Assembly (NCBI GenBank): GCA_018814465.1
Contig: JAHIZR010000060.1
Span: 1-32,114 of the forward strand
Reading direction: 5' to 3'
DNA: 32,114 bases
DNA from: a bacterium
GTDB taxonomy: Bacteria; Electryoneota; RPQS01
In this document: piece after piece, positions 1-9,863 of the stretch
Position numbering within the stretch: position 1 is the first letter of the stretch
Layout of the letters: every line of letters begins with the position of its first letter
Notes under the pieces: generated by a model
Told to the model about the DNA's origin: nothing
Seen by the model: the letters and a program-made list of their open reading frames with translations, nothing else
The model's database searches: none
Made by a program: the position numbers and the translations under genes

Positions 1-15
1 GAGAAGATGGATATG

Positions 16-44
16 AAAGCCCTCGGTTGAGATCGGGGGCTTTT
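16..44 (+). terminator. Intrinsic terminator-like hairpin (repeated AAAGCCCTCG...CGRGGGCTTT family)
   Basis: aaagccctcggt-tgag-atcgggggctttt; similar copies at 3889 and 24532. Confidence 0.6.
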
Positions 45-142
45 AATGTTTGAATGAAGCGGGATTTCGGGTAATCAGTCGCGTACTAATATTTTCTTCC
101 CACTACCCACCCCAGTAAGCGAGTACTCGCGCTTATAAATTT

Positions 143-214
143 GTTCCGGCAGGGTACCGTGCCCGAAAATTCTCGTATTGTCGGAGCTGTTCGGCGCTTA
201 GAGCCTGCGCGGCG
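143..214 (+). repeat. Long hairpin repeat, degenerate copy
   Basis: gttccggcagggtaccgtgc...ggcgcttagagcctgcgcggcg; closest to the copy at 4011. Confidence 0.7.
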
Positions 215-250
215 GGAAGGTAAAATCTGAAGGAAGAGACCCCCCTTTTG

Positions 251-288
251 TCCCCCCGTGAACGGGGGGAGAATATGAAAGCCCTCGG
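251..288 (+). repeat. TCCCYCCGTGAACGGRGGGA palindrome followed by GAAAGCCCTCG module
   Basis: tccccccg-tgaa-cgggggga then gaaagccctcgg; also at 3862 and 24505. Confidence 0.75.
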
Positions 289-477
289 GCGTGTGCGGGC
301 ACCCACCACGGCGAAGCAGACGGAGGGTGATTCAGAGGTTGATTAGATGCTGGATTTTACTATATTAGTAAGGTTATAGGTGGATTTTCCACCGGGGACG
401 GTGGGAGGTAGTAAATATAACTGTAAGTATTTGTATATATAAGTAATTAGAATTAGATCAGCAGGAGTTGACAGAAA

Positions 478-2775
478 ATGGCACTGGCCACGAATTTAGG
501 ATTTCCGCGGATTGGACCGAAGCGCGAACTGAAAAAGGCGGTGGAAAGCTACTGGGCGGGCAGGATTAATCGCGAAGAGTTGATGAACACGGCGGCGGAA
601 ATTCGGCAGGGAAACTGGAAACTGCAGCAAGAGTCAGGGCTGGACTATGTGCCATGCGGGGACTTCTCATATTATGACCATATGCTGGATACGATCGCGA
701 TGGCGGGAGCCGTGCCGGAACGCTACGGCTGGTCAGGCGGGGACGTCGACCTCGAAACTTATTTTGCGATGGCGCGCGGGATTCAGTCGAAGGGGAAAGA
801 CGGGCTGGATGCGCCGGCGATGGAGATGACAAAGTGGTTCGATACCAATTATCACTATATCGTTCCGGAATTCTCCAGCAAAACCAAGTTCAAGCTCTCG
901 TCAACGAAAGTCATTGATGAGTTCAAGGAAGCGGCAAGTCTCGGCATCAAGGCGCGTCCGGTGCTGGTCGGTCCGGTGACTTTTCTGTTATTGGGCAAGG
1001 CGCATGCGGATGACGTGAAGCCGCCGGCACTGTTAGATGATCTGCTGGAAGTTTATGTCGAAGTCTTAAAGCTGCTGCGTGAAGCCGGAGCGGAGTGGGT
1101 ACAGCTTGACGAACCGTGTCTGGTGCTGGACCTGACGAAGGAGGCGCGCGCGGCCTATCGGACCGCTTATGAAAAGCTGACGAAGGCCGTGCCGGGGCTG
1201 AAGATTCTGCTGGCGACCTATTTTGATGAGTTGCGCGAGAATATGAAGCTGGCGTTCAGTCTGCCGGTGGCGGCGGTGCATTTGGATCTGGTGCGCGCGC
1301 CGCAGCAGTTGGATGCGGCATTGAAAACGATTCCACGAAAAATGGCGCTGTCGGTGGGAGTGGTGGATGGACGGAATGTCTGGAAGACGGAATTCGACAA
1401 AGTGATCAATACGGTTCATACGGCGGCGGATGTGCTGGGAAATGAACGGGTGATGGTGGCTCCGTCGTGCTCGATGCTGCATTCGCCGGTGGATCTGAAG
1501 GCCGAAAAGAAGATGGACGGCGAGATCAAACAGTGGCTCGCTTTCGCGACGCAAAAGGTGTCTGAGATTGCTGTTATTACTAAGGCAGTCAACAAAGGGG
1601 AAGCCGCGGTAGCCGAAGAGCTGAAGGCTAACCGGGAAGCTTGCGCGAACCGTAAGACCTCGCGGAAGATTCATAACGATGCGACGAAAAAGCGTTCAGC
1701 GGCGGTAACTGACGCGATGATGAATCGCAAGTCGCCGTTTGCGGCGCGCCGCAAAGTGCAGCAGGAAGCACTGCAACTGCCGGCGTTCCCGACAACGACG
1801 ATCGGCTCTTTTCCGCAGACGCCGGAAATTCGCGCGATTCGAGCGGATTTCAAGAGTGGGAAGAAGAGCCTTGATGAATACAACGCCGCGATGAAAAAAG
1901 AGATCGAGTACGCAATCCGTTTTCAGGAAGAGATCGGCATAGATGTGCTCGTACACGGCGAAGCGGAACGGACGGATATGGTGGAGTATTTCGGGGAACG
2001 GCTGAACGGATTCGTGTTCACGACCTTCGGCTGGGTGCAGAGCTACGGCTCGCGCTGCGTGCGACCGCCGATTATTTTCGGAGATGTTTTCCGCGAGAAA
2101 CCGATGACGGTGGAGTGGGCGATTTACGCGCAATCGCTCACGAAACTGCCGGTGAAGGGCATGCTGACCGGACCGGTGACGATTCTGCAGTGGTCATTCG
2201 TGCGCGATGACCAGCCCAGAAGCGAAACCTGCCGGCAGATCGGCCTGGCGATTCGCGATGAAGTGGTGGATCTGGAGGCGGCGGGGATTCAGGTGATTCA
2301 GATTGACGAGCCGGCGATTCGTGAAGGATTGCCGCTGCGGAAGGATCGCTGGAACGAGTATCTGGAATGGGCGGTGAATTGCTTCCGGCTGTCGGCGTCT
2401 GGTGTGCGCGATGAAACGCAGATTCACACGCATATGTGCTACTCGGAGTTCAATGATATGATCGAAGCCATCGGCCGGATGGACGCGGATGTGATTTCGA
2501 TGGAGACGTCGCGTTCGCAGATGGAACTATTGCAGGCGTTCCGGGATTATAAGTACCCGAATGAGATCGGTCCGGGCGTCTATGATATTCATTCACCGCG
2601 CGTGCCCTCGGAAGCGGAGATGGAAGCGCTGCTGCGCAAAGCGTGCGAAGTTATTTCCGCCGATCAGCTCTGGGTAAATCCGGACTGCGGCTTGAAGACG
2701 CGCCGCTGGGAAGAAGTGAAGCCGTCGCTACAGCGGATGGTTTCGGCGGCGAAGAAGCTGAGGGCGAAGGGATGA
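478..2775 (+). CDS. metE: Cobalamin-independent methionine synthase
   Basis: 765 aa; LGFPRIG N-terminus, EMTKWFDTNYHY, HTHMCYSEF and WVNPDCGLKTR zinc-ligand motifs; RBS caggag. Confidence 0.98.
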   Translation: MALATNLGFPRIGPKRELKKAVESYWAGRINREELMNTAAEIRQGNWKLQQESGLDYVPCGDFSYYDHMLDTIAMAGAVPERYGWSGGDVDLETYFAMARGIQSKGKDGLDAPAMEMTKWFDTNYHYIVPEFSSKTKFKLSSTKVIDEFKEAASLGIKARPVLVGPVTFLLLGKAHADDVKPPALLDDLLEVYVEVLKLLREAGAEWVQLDEPCLVLDLTKEARAAYRTAYEKLTKAVPGLKILLATYFDELRENMKLAFSLPVAAVHLDLVRAPQQLDAALKTIPRKMALSVGVVDGRNVWKTEFDKVINTVHTAADVLGNERVMVAPSCSMLHSPVDLKAEKKMDGEIKQWLAFATQKVSEIAVITKAVNKGEAAVAEELKANREACANRKTSRKIHNDATKKRSAAVTDAMMNRKSPFAARRKVQQEALQLPAFPTTTIGSFPQTPEIRAIRADFKSGKKSLDEYNAAMKKEIEYAIRFQEEIGIDVLVHGEAERTDMVEYFGERLNGFVFTTFGWVQSYGSRCVRPPIIFGDVFREKPMTVEWAIYAQSLTKLPVKGMLTGPVTILQWSFVRDDQPRSETCRQIGLAIRDEVVDLEAAGIQVIQIDEPAIREGLPLRKDRWNEYLEWAVNCFRLSASGVRDETQIHTHMCYSEFNDMIEAIGRMDADVISMETSRSQMELLQAFRDYKYPNEIGPGVYDIHSPRVPSEAEMEALLRKACEVISADQLWVNPDCGLKTRRWEEVKPSLQRMVSAAKKLRAKG

Positions 2776-2819
2776 GGGAAGAAAGAAGAAGGATGAAGGA
2801 TGAGGGATGAGGGATGAAA
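2771..2819 (+). repeat. Purine-rich heptamer tandem repeat (GAWGARR x7)
   Basis: gatgagg gaagaaa gaagaag gatgaag gatgagg gatgagg gatgaaa, starting at the metE stop. Confidence 0.8.
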
Positions 2820-2852
2820 GGAAGCACCTTCCTCTATAACTATCTAAAATAT

Positions 2853-2923
2853 GATTCCGGCCGGGTTGCGCACTTCCACTCGCTCGTTTACAGGAAGTAT
2901 TCTGTGCTTAACCCGGCTCGGCG
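2853..2923 (+). repeat. Long hairpin repeat
   Basis: gattccggccgggttgcgcac-N29-tgtgcttaacccggctcggcg. Confidence 0.9.
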
Positions 2924-3002
2924 AGCCTTTTCGCCAATTCTCCTATGATAATCAGGGGATACGATCCGGTAGAGATTATTATCAACAAAGATAGAATGGA
3001 AC

Positions 3003-3842
3003 ATGAGTAAACGAATTATTGTCGGACTGGACGGAAGCCTGTTCGCGGAAGCGGCGATGGACGCAGCGATCGATCGCGCGTCGCGCTGCGATGGTACGAT
3101 CGTCGGAGTCGCGGTGATCGATCAACCGGGGATCGAGCATTCCGAAGCCGGCGCGGGAGCCGGAGCGGCTTACTTTGCGAGAGACATCATCGACAAGAAG
3201 ATGTCCGAGGCATTGGCGAAGACGCGCGATTTATTGATTCACTTTGCGGACCGGTGCCGAACAGCGGAAGTCAAATATGAGCTGGCCCGCGAGGAAGGAG
3301 TGCCGTTCGATGCGTTGGTGGAATACGGCAGGGCGAGCGATATGATGATCGTCGGTCAGCATACGCACTTTCAATATGACACGGATGCGCGGCCCGGGGG
3401 GACGGTGAAGCGGTTGATGAATCATCCGGTCGTGCCCGTGCTGGCGGTTCCGGAGAAATGGATCGCACCGCAGCACGTGATCATTGCTTATGACAGTTCG
3501 ATCCATACGACACGGGCAATGCGGGCGTTTGTGCATCAACAGAATATCGTTCCGTTCGCCGAAGATGTAACGCTGCTTTATGTCAATGACGAGGATGTAG
3601 ACGCAGTTATCCGGCATGAACTTGATTTGGCTGAGAAGTATTTGCGCGCGCACGGATTGAAAGTAAGCAGGATGAGCCGAAAGGGGAAGGTGGGGCGGCT
3701 ATTAGTGGAAGCCGCGCAGGAATTCAATCCCTGCATGATCGTGATGGGGTCCTCGCGGCAGAGTTGGTTGACGGAGCTGTTGAGCGGATCGGTGGAGGAG
3801 CAGCTGATTAAGCACAGTATCCCGGTGTTTGTGTTCGAATAG
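3003..3842 (+). CDS. Universal stress protein, tandem USP domains
   Basis: RIIVGLDGS N-terminus; second domain VIIAYDSS...IVMGS...LLSGSV...IPVFV; 279 aa. Confidence 0.9.
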   Translation: MSKRIIVGLDGSLFAEAAMDAAIDRASRCDGTIVGVAVIDQPGIEHSEAGAGAGAAYFARDIIDKKMSEALAKTRDLLIHFADRCRTAEVKYELAREEGVPFDALVEYGRASDMMIVGQHTHFQYDTDARPGGTVKRLMNHPVVPVLAVPEKWIAPQHVIIAYDSSIHTTRAMRAFVHQQNIVPFAEDVTLLYVNDEDVDAVIRHELDLAEKYLRAHGLKVSRMSRKGKVGRLLVEAAQEFNPCMIVMGSSRQSWLTELLSGSVEEQLIKHSIPVFVFE

Positions 3843-3861
3843 AAGAGATTATTTCCCTTGA

Positions 3862-3881
3862 TCCCTCCGTGAACGGAGGGA
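3862..3881 (+). repeat. TCCCYCCGTGAACGGRGGGA palindrome
   Basis: Perfect stem tccctccg-tgaa-cggaggga, with a compensatory change relative to the copy at 251. Confidence 0.8.
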
Positions 3882-3888
3882 GATAAAG

Positions 3889-3922
3889 AAAGCCCTCGGT
3901 GAAGATCGAGGGCTTTAATTTT
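3889..3922. terminator. Probable bidirectional intrinsic terminator
   Basis: aaagccctcggt-gaag-atcgagggcttt between convergent genes. Confidence 0.65.
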
Positions 3923-4010
3923 TGAGTGAAGCAGGAGTCCGGATAATCTATTCGCGACACGCGGGAGCGTGCTGCTTAGTACTGAATGACATTAGGTAGG
4001 CTCGCGTGAA

Positions 4011-4083
4011 GATTCCGGCAGGGTTGCGCGCCTACTTGAATCTCGTAATGGAAAAGATGTTCGGCGCTTAACCCTGCTCGGCG
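4011..4083 (+). repeat. Long hairpin repeat
   Basis: gattccggcagggttgcgcgc-N31-ggcgcttaaccctgctcggcg. Confidence 0.9.
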
Positions 4084-4164
4084 GATTTCTTGACGATTAC
4101 GCTCCAACCTTTTGTTCGTCGGCACTAATACTCTGTTTCCCCTATGACAATTGGAGGCGATGCT

Positions 4165-7100
4165 CTATTCGGGAGGGGGAGTGGAATCCGCGATAATCAG
4201 GAAGAATTTCAGATCTTCCTCCGAGATCTGGTGGACATAGAATGTGTCAGAAGTCGTCGTTATTCTGGTGGACGCATCGGGAATGAAATTAAGCGAGTCG
4301 CCCATGTATACATGGTAGCTCTGCGCATCCACAGCAGGCTGCCAGCGCAGAATCAAGTCCGTGTCTGCGACCGCGAGGGTTAAATTCTGAGGCGGATCGG
4401 GGATCAGGATGAAATCAAATTCATCCGCGCCAATGTCGGGAGGATTGCCTCTGGTTTGACCGTCAATATCAACAGTGACGGGAACACTTTCGTCACCAAG
4501 ATCGTCGAAGTCGGGGAAGGAATCGTCTATGTGCAGATCTTCAGCGCTCAGAAAACGCGGATCCAGCGAAACACTGTTCAAATCATAGCCGGTGCTCTGC
4601 CATTCGCTGAGAGTCGGGTACTCCGTGGTACCGACAGCGCCGATTTGAAACAACGGAGAGGTTCCGTAGAGGTTGTTGTAGTCGGAACTCTGCGCGCCGC
4701 CGCCGAGCGCATAGATGCCGCGGGAAGCAACATCCGATTCCAGAGAGACGATGTTGTTATTGCGGATGTCATTGTCGCTGCCGGCGAAGATCAGGATGCC
4801 TGAGATTTCATTCGGGGACGGAGACTCATCGATCAGAATGGAGTTATGATAGATATAACTTGCGCCGACGGATAAATAGATGCCGGCGATTTTCAGCGAC
4901 TGCACGGCGGAGAAATCATAGATGAAATTGTTATAAGCCGTGACGACGCCGCCTGCCGCCGGTGAACTGTAGATGCCGACGGCGCGGTTGGTGACACTGC
5001 CCGAAGCATCGGCGAAACCGTGAATCCGATTGCCGCAGATCTCGACCGAACCGCCGCTGTTCAGGTGGGTGACGAAGATTCCATAACAGACAGCGGAAAG
5101 AGTCGAGGAAGATCCGGGAATGATCTCATTATCGCGGACGACGCAGTCCACCTGATCATCTATATAGATTCCGTACCTTGCATGCTGAATCACGCAATTT
5201 CCGATCTGCGTACCGTAAGCCTGAAAACCGGGTTCTTCGGCTTTCAAGGAAACGCCCGAGTAGGCGCCGGTGATCAGCACACGATCCAACGAGTTGAAAT
5301 CGCAATTCCGGATTTCAAAGCGGGCACCGAAGGATTCGATATTCGCGGAATCGGGGCCGAGTAAAGCCGCGCGGCTAAACTTGTTATGCGAGCTGTTGGT
5401 TTTAATGAGCAATGCTCCTGTACAGGAGCCCTGCGCGACGAGGTTGATACCCTCCATATCCAAATAGCAGGCGCCGTCGAGAGTGACCACCGCCTCACCC
5501 ACTGAAGCTTTGATATAGACAGAGGCGGTGTCGTCATTGGCGGGTTTGATTCGCACGGAAGCGAGAGTGGAAGATCCCGGAAGAGCGGAGATGGAAATGG
5601 ATTCGCAATAGTCGCCGGGAAAGAGTTCAATCACGACAGGATTCTGAACGCCACGGATTTCGAGAGATTGTACCGCCTGACCGAGGCTGGCGAAATCGGA
5701 CGTGCCGCCGCCAATCTGATAGGTTCCCATGAGCGGCGCTCCGGCAATGATGACTTCGAGATCCGTCCGATCATTAGCAGGAACCATATCTCCCATCAGA
5801 AGCGACCGAATCGAGAGCAGTCCGCCCAGCAGTTCGGCCTCGGGTGTGAACCAATCGAAAGCTATCACGGCGGATTCTCCAGCAAGCAACGAGACCAGTT
5901 CTTCATCCTGAACGATGTCATTAAAGAGCAACTGAACCGGGACACCGGTTTGAGCATCGCCGCCCAGATTGGTCACTTCAACACTGAATTGATAAGCAGT
6001 CAAAGCGCTGTATTGTGAGGCGGGTTCGGAAAACCAGCCGACCGAAAAATCGGCAGACGGCACGGAATAATTGTATTCGTCGGCGCCGATGTCCGGCGGA
6101 TTGTCGCGCGGTTCACCGTCGATGTCAAGCGACACCTCGGGAAGGAATTCACCGATGCCGTCGAGCGCAGAGGAATAGGGCTGAATATGCAGATCGGCCG
6201 GGGAAACGAAGCCGGGATTTTCAAACAGGCTTGTCGTATCCAGATTCCGGATTTCCGCCCACTCGGCTAACGTCTGATAGACTGAATCGATGCTAAAGAG
6301 TGCGAAAGAGAATGAATCACCCTCGCAGGGTGAATAATAGACGTTGTTTTGCGACGAGAGGGAGCCATTCTGGTATTTCCAGCAGAAGGCGCGGCTGCCG
6401 CATTCGCTGACTTCGACAGCATTATTGCGGGCATCCATGAAGGTGGAAGAACCATTTACGGAGAGCGCATAGATACCGGCGGCGCCGGGGAGACCGGACA
6501 TGCAGATACTATTATGGTAGACTTTGGAGAATCCGCTGCCGGCCTGAATGCCATAGACCGCGCCTCCGCCCGAAATGTTCCAACCGGCAATAAAATTATT
6601 ATAGATCAGTCCCATGCCATCATTCGCAGCGGAGAAGATACCATGCACATCGGCATCTCCCTGCGCGCCAGTGATGGTATTCCCTTCCACGAGTGTGCTG
6701 TCCCCCGCAAGCAGCGACGCGATATAAACGCCGTAGCCGTGATAGGTCGAGTGCTCGAAGCCGGGGGAAATCGTGTTGCGGAGGATTTCGCAGTTCTTCT
6801 GTCGGAGCAGGAAGATACTGCGAACGGAGTTGGTGATCACGCAGGATTCGATAACCGTGCTGCTGTCAGGATTTGCCGAGGAGCCGTCCAGCTTGAAGCC
6901 GTGATAGCAGTTCGACACTGTCAGATCATCGAAGCGGTTGCCGTGACAGCCGCCGCCGGTTACGCGAGCGCCGATCGTGGAAATGTCCGAGGGTGAGAAG
7001 GATTTCAGAGAGCCGTTGCAAACGGTGTTATAGCTTGCTTCGCCCTGAAGCAACAGAGCGACATTGTTGGGTTCGGCTGCTTCGATGGAAATCCCGTCAA

Positions 7101-9150
7101 GCGTGACAAAGCGTGCGCTGTCAAGAACCATCGTGGCCGGACCGGCATCGGAGATCAGCTTTACGGGGCCTTCGGTGTCGATTGATTTGCGGAATTGAAC
7201 CGGCCGGTCGGGAGCGATGCCGTTGATTCTCGGTATGACAACACTTTCATTGTAGGTCCCTGAAGCAATAAAGAATGTGACTGTGTCGGAGATTCCACGC
7301 TCGCCCAACGCCTGCATGGCAGCGGAAAAAGTCGCGAAGTCCGCATTCAGACCGCCCAGACGGTACGCTCCATGAAGCGGCTGCCCGAGTACGGAGATGA
7401 ATGTCGAAAGCGTATTGTCAGCGGGATTTTGATCATCGGGCAGGATGATTTCGACTCGCAGTTCACCGGAAGAGGGCGCAAATCCGGTTGCCCAAGTGAT
7501 CGAGAACGTGTCTGTTTCCAGAGGAAGCAGTGTGATGAGTGTTTGCGCTTGCGGATTGTCCAGATAATAAACGCGAAGCGGCACATCGGATTGGATCTGG
7601 GAGCCGCGGTTTTGAGCCACGACGTCAACACTTACATTAGAGAGTTCGGGGCAGATCGTGCAGGAGTTTGACAATTCGAGAACCGCAAAATCAGCAGGCG
7701 GGGCGGTAAATCCATATTCGTCCGCTCCCCGGTCGGGCGGCTGGCTGCGCTCATCGTCGTCGATATCGGTGAGAATGTAGGAGATGGGCGTTCCGTTCTG
7801 ATGGGCGAGTCCACCGCTGGCGGCGAGATGCAAGTCCGTTTCACCGGTGAATACAGGGTCGCCAGTCAGACTTTGAAAATCACCGCCGGAGCAGGACTGC
7901 CATGACGTCAGGTCAGGACGATCAACGTTGCCGCACTTGCCCAGGATGTAGCCGATACCCGTACCGTGAAAAATATTGAAATCCGAATTGATAATACCGG
8001 TAGGAGATTGAATGAAGATGCAGTAGGCGGCGCCGGACTGGACATTATTGAAGAGGATGTTGTTGCGAAGCTTGGCAACCAGAGACGGATTGAAGTTGTT
8101 ATGATGAACGCAGTAAGAGCCGCCGGTCGCCGAGACATCGTTGATGTAGATTGAATTCGAATAGATCTCGCACATCCCGGACGCCCAATCCAGCGCTCGA
8201 ATCTGGGAGCCGCCGGTGTTTGCGAAGCCATAGATGAAGTTATTGTATGCTCGCACGAGAGATGTTGTGGAGCCGGCGATGATCTTGACGGCAACCGCGC
8301 GTGAATTGGAGGTGACCAGATCGTGGATGCGGTTGCAGCGGACGGAGACGGTATCAGACGCGGAAAGTGTTCCGACATAGACGCCGTCGATTTCGCCGGA
8401 CAAACCCGCATTTACTTGAATCTCGCATTGCTCGATGACGAGGCGCTGCTGATGATCAAGATAGACTCCGCGCTGAACGCTGTCAATAACACAGTTGGCG
8501 ATTCTTGAATCAAGACCGGAAACGGAAGAGGAGGAAAGGTGGATGCCGTCGGCGGCGTTGATGACAGTCAGATTTTCGAGTAGGAGACTATCGCTGGCAG
8601 ATCCACGGCTCTCGACCGCATATGACGTACTGAGAGCCGTGCCGCTGCCGCGGATCACACCGTTTCCAAACGCGATGTTGGAACAGCCGTTTTCGAAGAT
8701 CAGCGCGCGTTGTCCGGGATCGCCCTGGCAGGTAACAGAGATTCCATGGAAACTGATATATGACGCTCCGGAGAAGGTAATCACACCCGTGTTGTTTGCG
8801 CCGGCGGAAGTTATAGTAACCGTGCTGTCGGGATGGGACGATACGAATTCAAGCCATGCAGCGGGAGAACTGCCTGCAACCGGAGGGAATGTCAGGGACT
8901 CTGTATAAGTGCCGGGATAGACGAAGATCGTGGTCGGACCGGAAATGCCATCAGCTGACAATGTGTCGAGTAAAGCGGCAAATGTAGGGAAGTCATCATT
9001 CCCGCCGCCGAGATCATACGTGCCGGATAACGAGAGAGTGGGGGAGGGGAGCGAGGACGGTAATGACTCTAAGCGGTCAACAGGCGCGCTAACGAGGAGG
9101 AGAGGAAACAGAATGAGACAAATGAACAGCCACTTTACGGCGGAGTTCAT
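4165..9150 (-). CDS. Large secreted protein: three beta-helix modules separated by CARDB-like Ig domains, FN3-like C-terminal domain
   Basis: Signal peptide from ATG 9150 (track start 9192); three units GTYxxGG..DF.....DLH(I/L)...DIDxxxRxxPPDxGADE; two CARDB-like V.NxG...P.(D/N)(N/D) domains. Confidence 0.8.
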   Translation of the reverse strand: MNSAVKWLFICLILFPLLLVSAPVDRLESLPSSLPSPTLSLSGTYDLGGGNDDFPTFAALLDTLSADGISGPTTIFVYPGTYTESLTFPPVAGSSPAAWLEFVSSHPDSTVTITSAGANNTGVITFSGASYISFHGISVTCQGDPGQRALIFENGCSNIAFGNGVIRGSGTALSTSYAVESRGSASDSLLLENLTVINAADGIHLSSSSVSGLDSRIANCVIDSVQRGVYLDHQQRLVIEQCEIQVNAGLSGEIDGVYVGTLSASDTVSVRCNRIHDLVTSNSRAVAVKIIAGSTTSLVRAYNNFIYGFANTGGSQIRALDWASGMCEIYSNSIYINDVSATGGSYCVHHNNFNPSLVAKLRNNILFNNVQSGAAYCIFIQSPTGIINSDFNIFHGTGIGYILGKCGNVDRPDLTSWQSCSGGDFQSLTGDPVFTGETDLHLAASGGLAHQNGTPISYILTDIDDDERSQPPDRGADEYGFTAPPADFAVLELSNSCTICPELSNVSVDVVAQNRGSQIQSDVPLRVYYLDNPQAQTLITLLPLETDTFSITWATGFAPSSGELRVEIILPDDQNPADNTLSTFISVLGQPLHGAYRLGGLNADFATFSAAMQALGERGISDTVTFFIASGTYNESVVIPRINGIAPDRPVQFRKSIDTEGPVKLISDAGPATMVLDSARFVTLDGISIEAAEPNNVALLLQGEASYNTVCNGSLKSFSPSDISTIGARVTGGGCHGNRFDDLTVSNCYHGFKLDGSSANPDSSTVIESCVITNSVRSIFLLRQKNCEILRNTISPGFEHSTYHGYGVYIASLLAGDSTLVEGNTITGAQGDADVHGIFSAANDGMGLIYNNFIAGWNISGGGAVYGIQAGSGFSKVYHNSICMSGLPGAAGIYALSVNGSSTFMDARNNAVEVSECGSRAFCWKYQNGSLSSQNNVYYSPCEGDSFSFALFSIDSVYQTLAEWAEIRNLDTTSLFENPGFVSPADLHIQPYSSALDGIGEFLPEVSLDIDGEPRDNPPDIGADEYNYSVPSADFSVGWFSEPASQYSALTAYQFSVEVTNLGGDAQTGVPVQLLFNDIVQDEELVSLLAGESAVIAFDWFTPEAELLGGLLSIRSLLMGDMVPANDRTDLEVIIAGAPLMGTYQIGGGTSDFASLGQAVQSLEIRGVQNPVVIELFPGDYCESISISALPGSSTLASVRIKPANDDTASVYIKASVGEAVVTLDGACYLDMEGINLVAQGSCTGALLIKTNSSHNKFSRAALLGPDSANIESFGARFEIRNCDFNSLDRVLITGAYSGVSLKAEEPGFQAYGTQIGNCVIQHARYGIYIDDQVDCVVRDNEIIPGSSSTLSAVCYGIFVTHLNSGGSVEICGNRIHGFADASGSVTNRAVGIYSSPAAGGVVTAYNNFIYDFSAVQSLKIAGIYLSVGASYIYHNSILIDESPSPNEISGILIFAGSDNDIRNNNIVSLESDVASRGIYALGGGAQSSDYNNLYGTSPLFQIGAVGTTEYPTLSEWQSTGYDLNSVSLDPRFLSAEDLHIDDSFPDFDDLGDESVPVTVDIDGQTRGNPPDIGADEFDFILIPDPPQNLTLAVADTDLILRWQPAVDAQSYHVYMGDSLNFIPDASTRITTTSDTFYVHQISEEDLKFFLIIADSTPPPE

Positions 9151-9777
9151 CTGAATCAAGGACGTGGATGATATTAAATTCTTAGTTAACAAACCTATCG
9201 CTGGTCAAAATCTGTTCATCAGGTCGGGTGCAAAATAATCCCGCACAGCAAAAAATGGCATCCGTCAGAAATTGGATATGATCATGATAACCTAAAAGTT
9301 AGCATGATATCCTGTATAGTCATAACTCGACATAATAAGATAATATGGAATAGCGATTCTGTAAAGCGAAATCATAGGAATAATTGAGATTTATTGGCTG
9401 TGAATCTAACACATTCATCCTCACCAATTCCTTGTTTTAGCTTGAAGTTCACAGTAAAAACTATTATCTTAATTGCTTAGAGGTATAGGCTTAAACTATT
9501 GATATCATATAAGTAAGATATGTTCTCGACAGAGAATGATAGCAGATTGCAGCAATCAAGAAGCCGTACAGGCAGGTATTTCAACGAGGATCCGATTAGT
9601 GACCCAGTAAATATCGCTGTTTTCAGAATGCGGGAGAGAATTTTTATGGGAAAGCCTCCTGCCCAAAAGAGCGAGGATCGCGGGTGAGATTGCGAGAGGT
9701 TCAATCCCGGCGCGGAGAGCGGAAGCAGATCGATTGAATTGAGACCACTCACACTTTTCTAATATTTTCATGTTTAT

Positions 9778-9808
9778 TTGACAGGTTGTTTCCTGAATTC
9801 GTTATCGT
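9778..9808 (+). promoter_or_regulatory. Possible sigma70-type promoter of the M32 peptidase gene
   Basis: TTGACA at 9778; best -10 (TATCGT) is at non-ideal 19 nt spacing. Confidence 0.3.
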
Positions 9809-9863
9809 TAGTCAGATTTGTTAAGGATAGCGATTCAAGGAGACGAAAAAGAAGGATACTTTC

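Noticed and set aside
215-477. SAM or cobalamin riboswitch upstream of metE
   Set aside because: No recognisable conserved riboswitch core; the region is explained by repeat modules
9670-9720. tRNA, suggested by GGTTCAATCC
   Set aside because: No 5-bp T stem, acceptor stem or cloverleaf can be formed
9477-9771. Two short minus-strand ORFs (91 and 71 aa)
   Set aside because: No clear RBS or recognisable features, and they overlap each other
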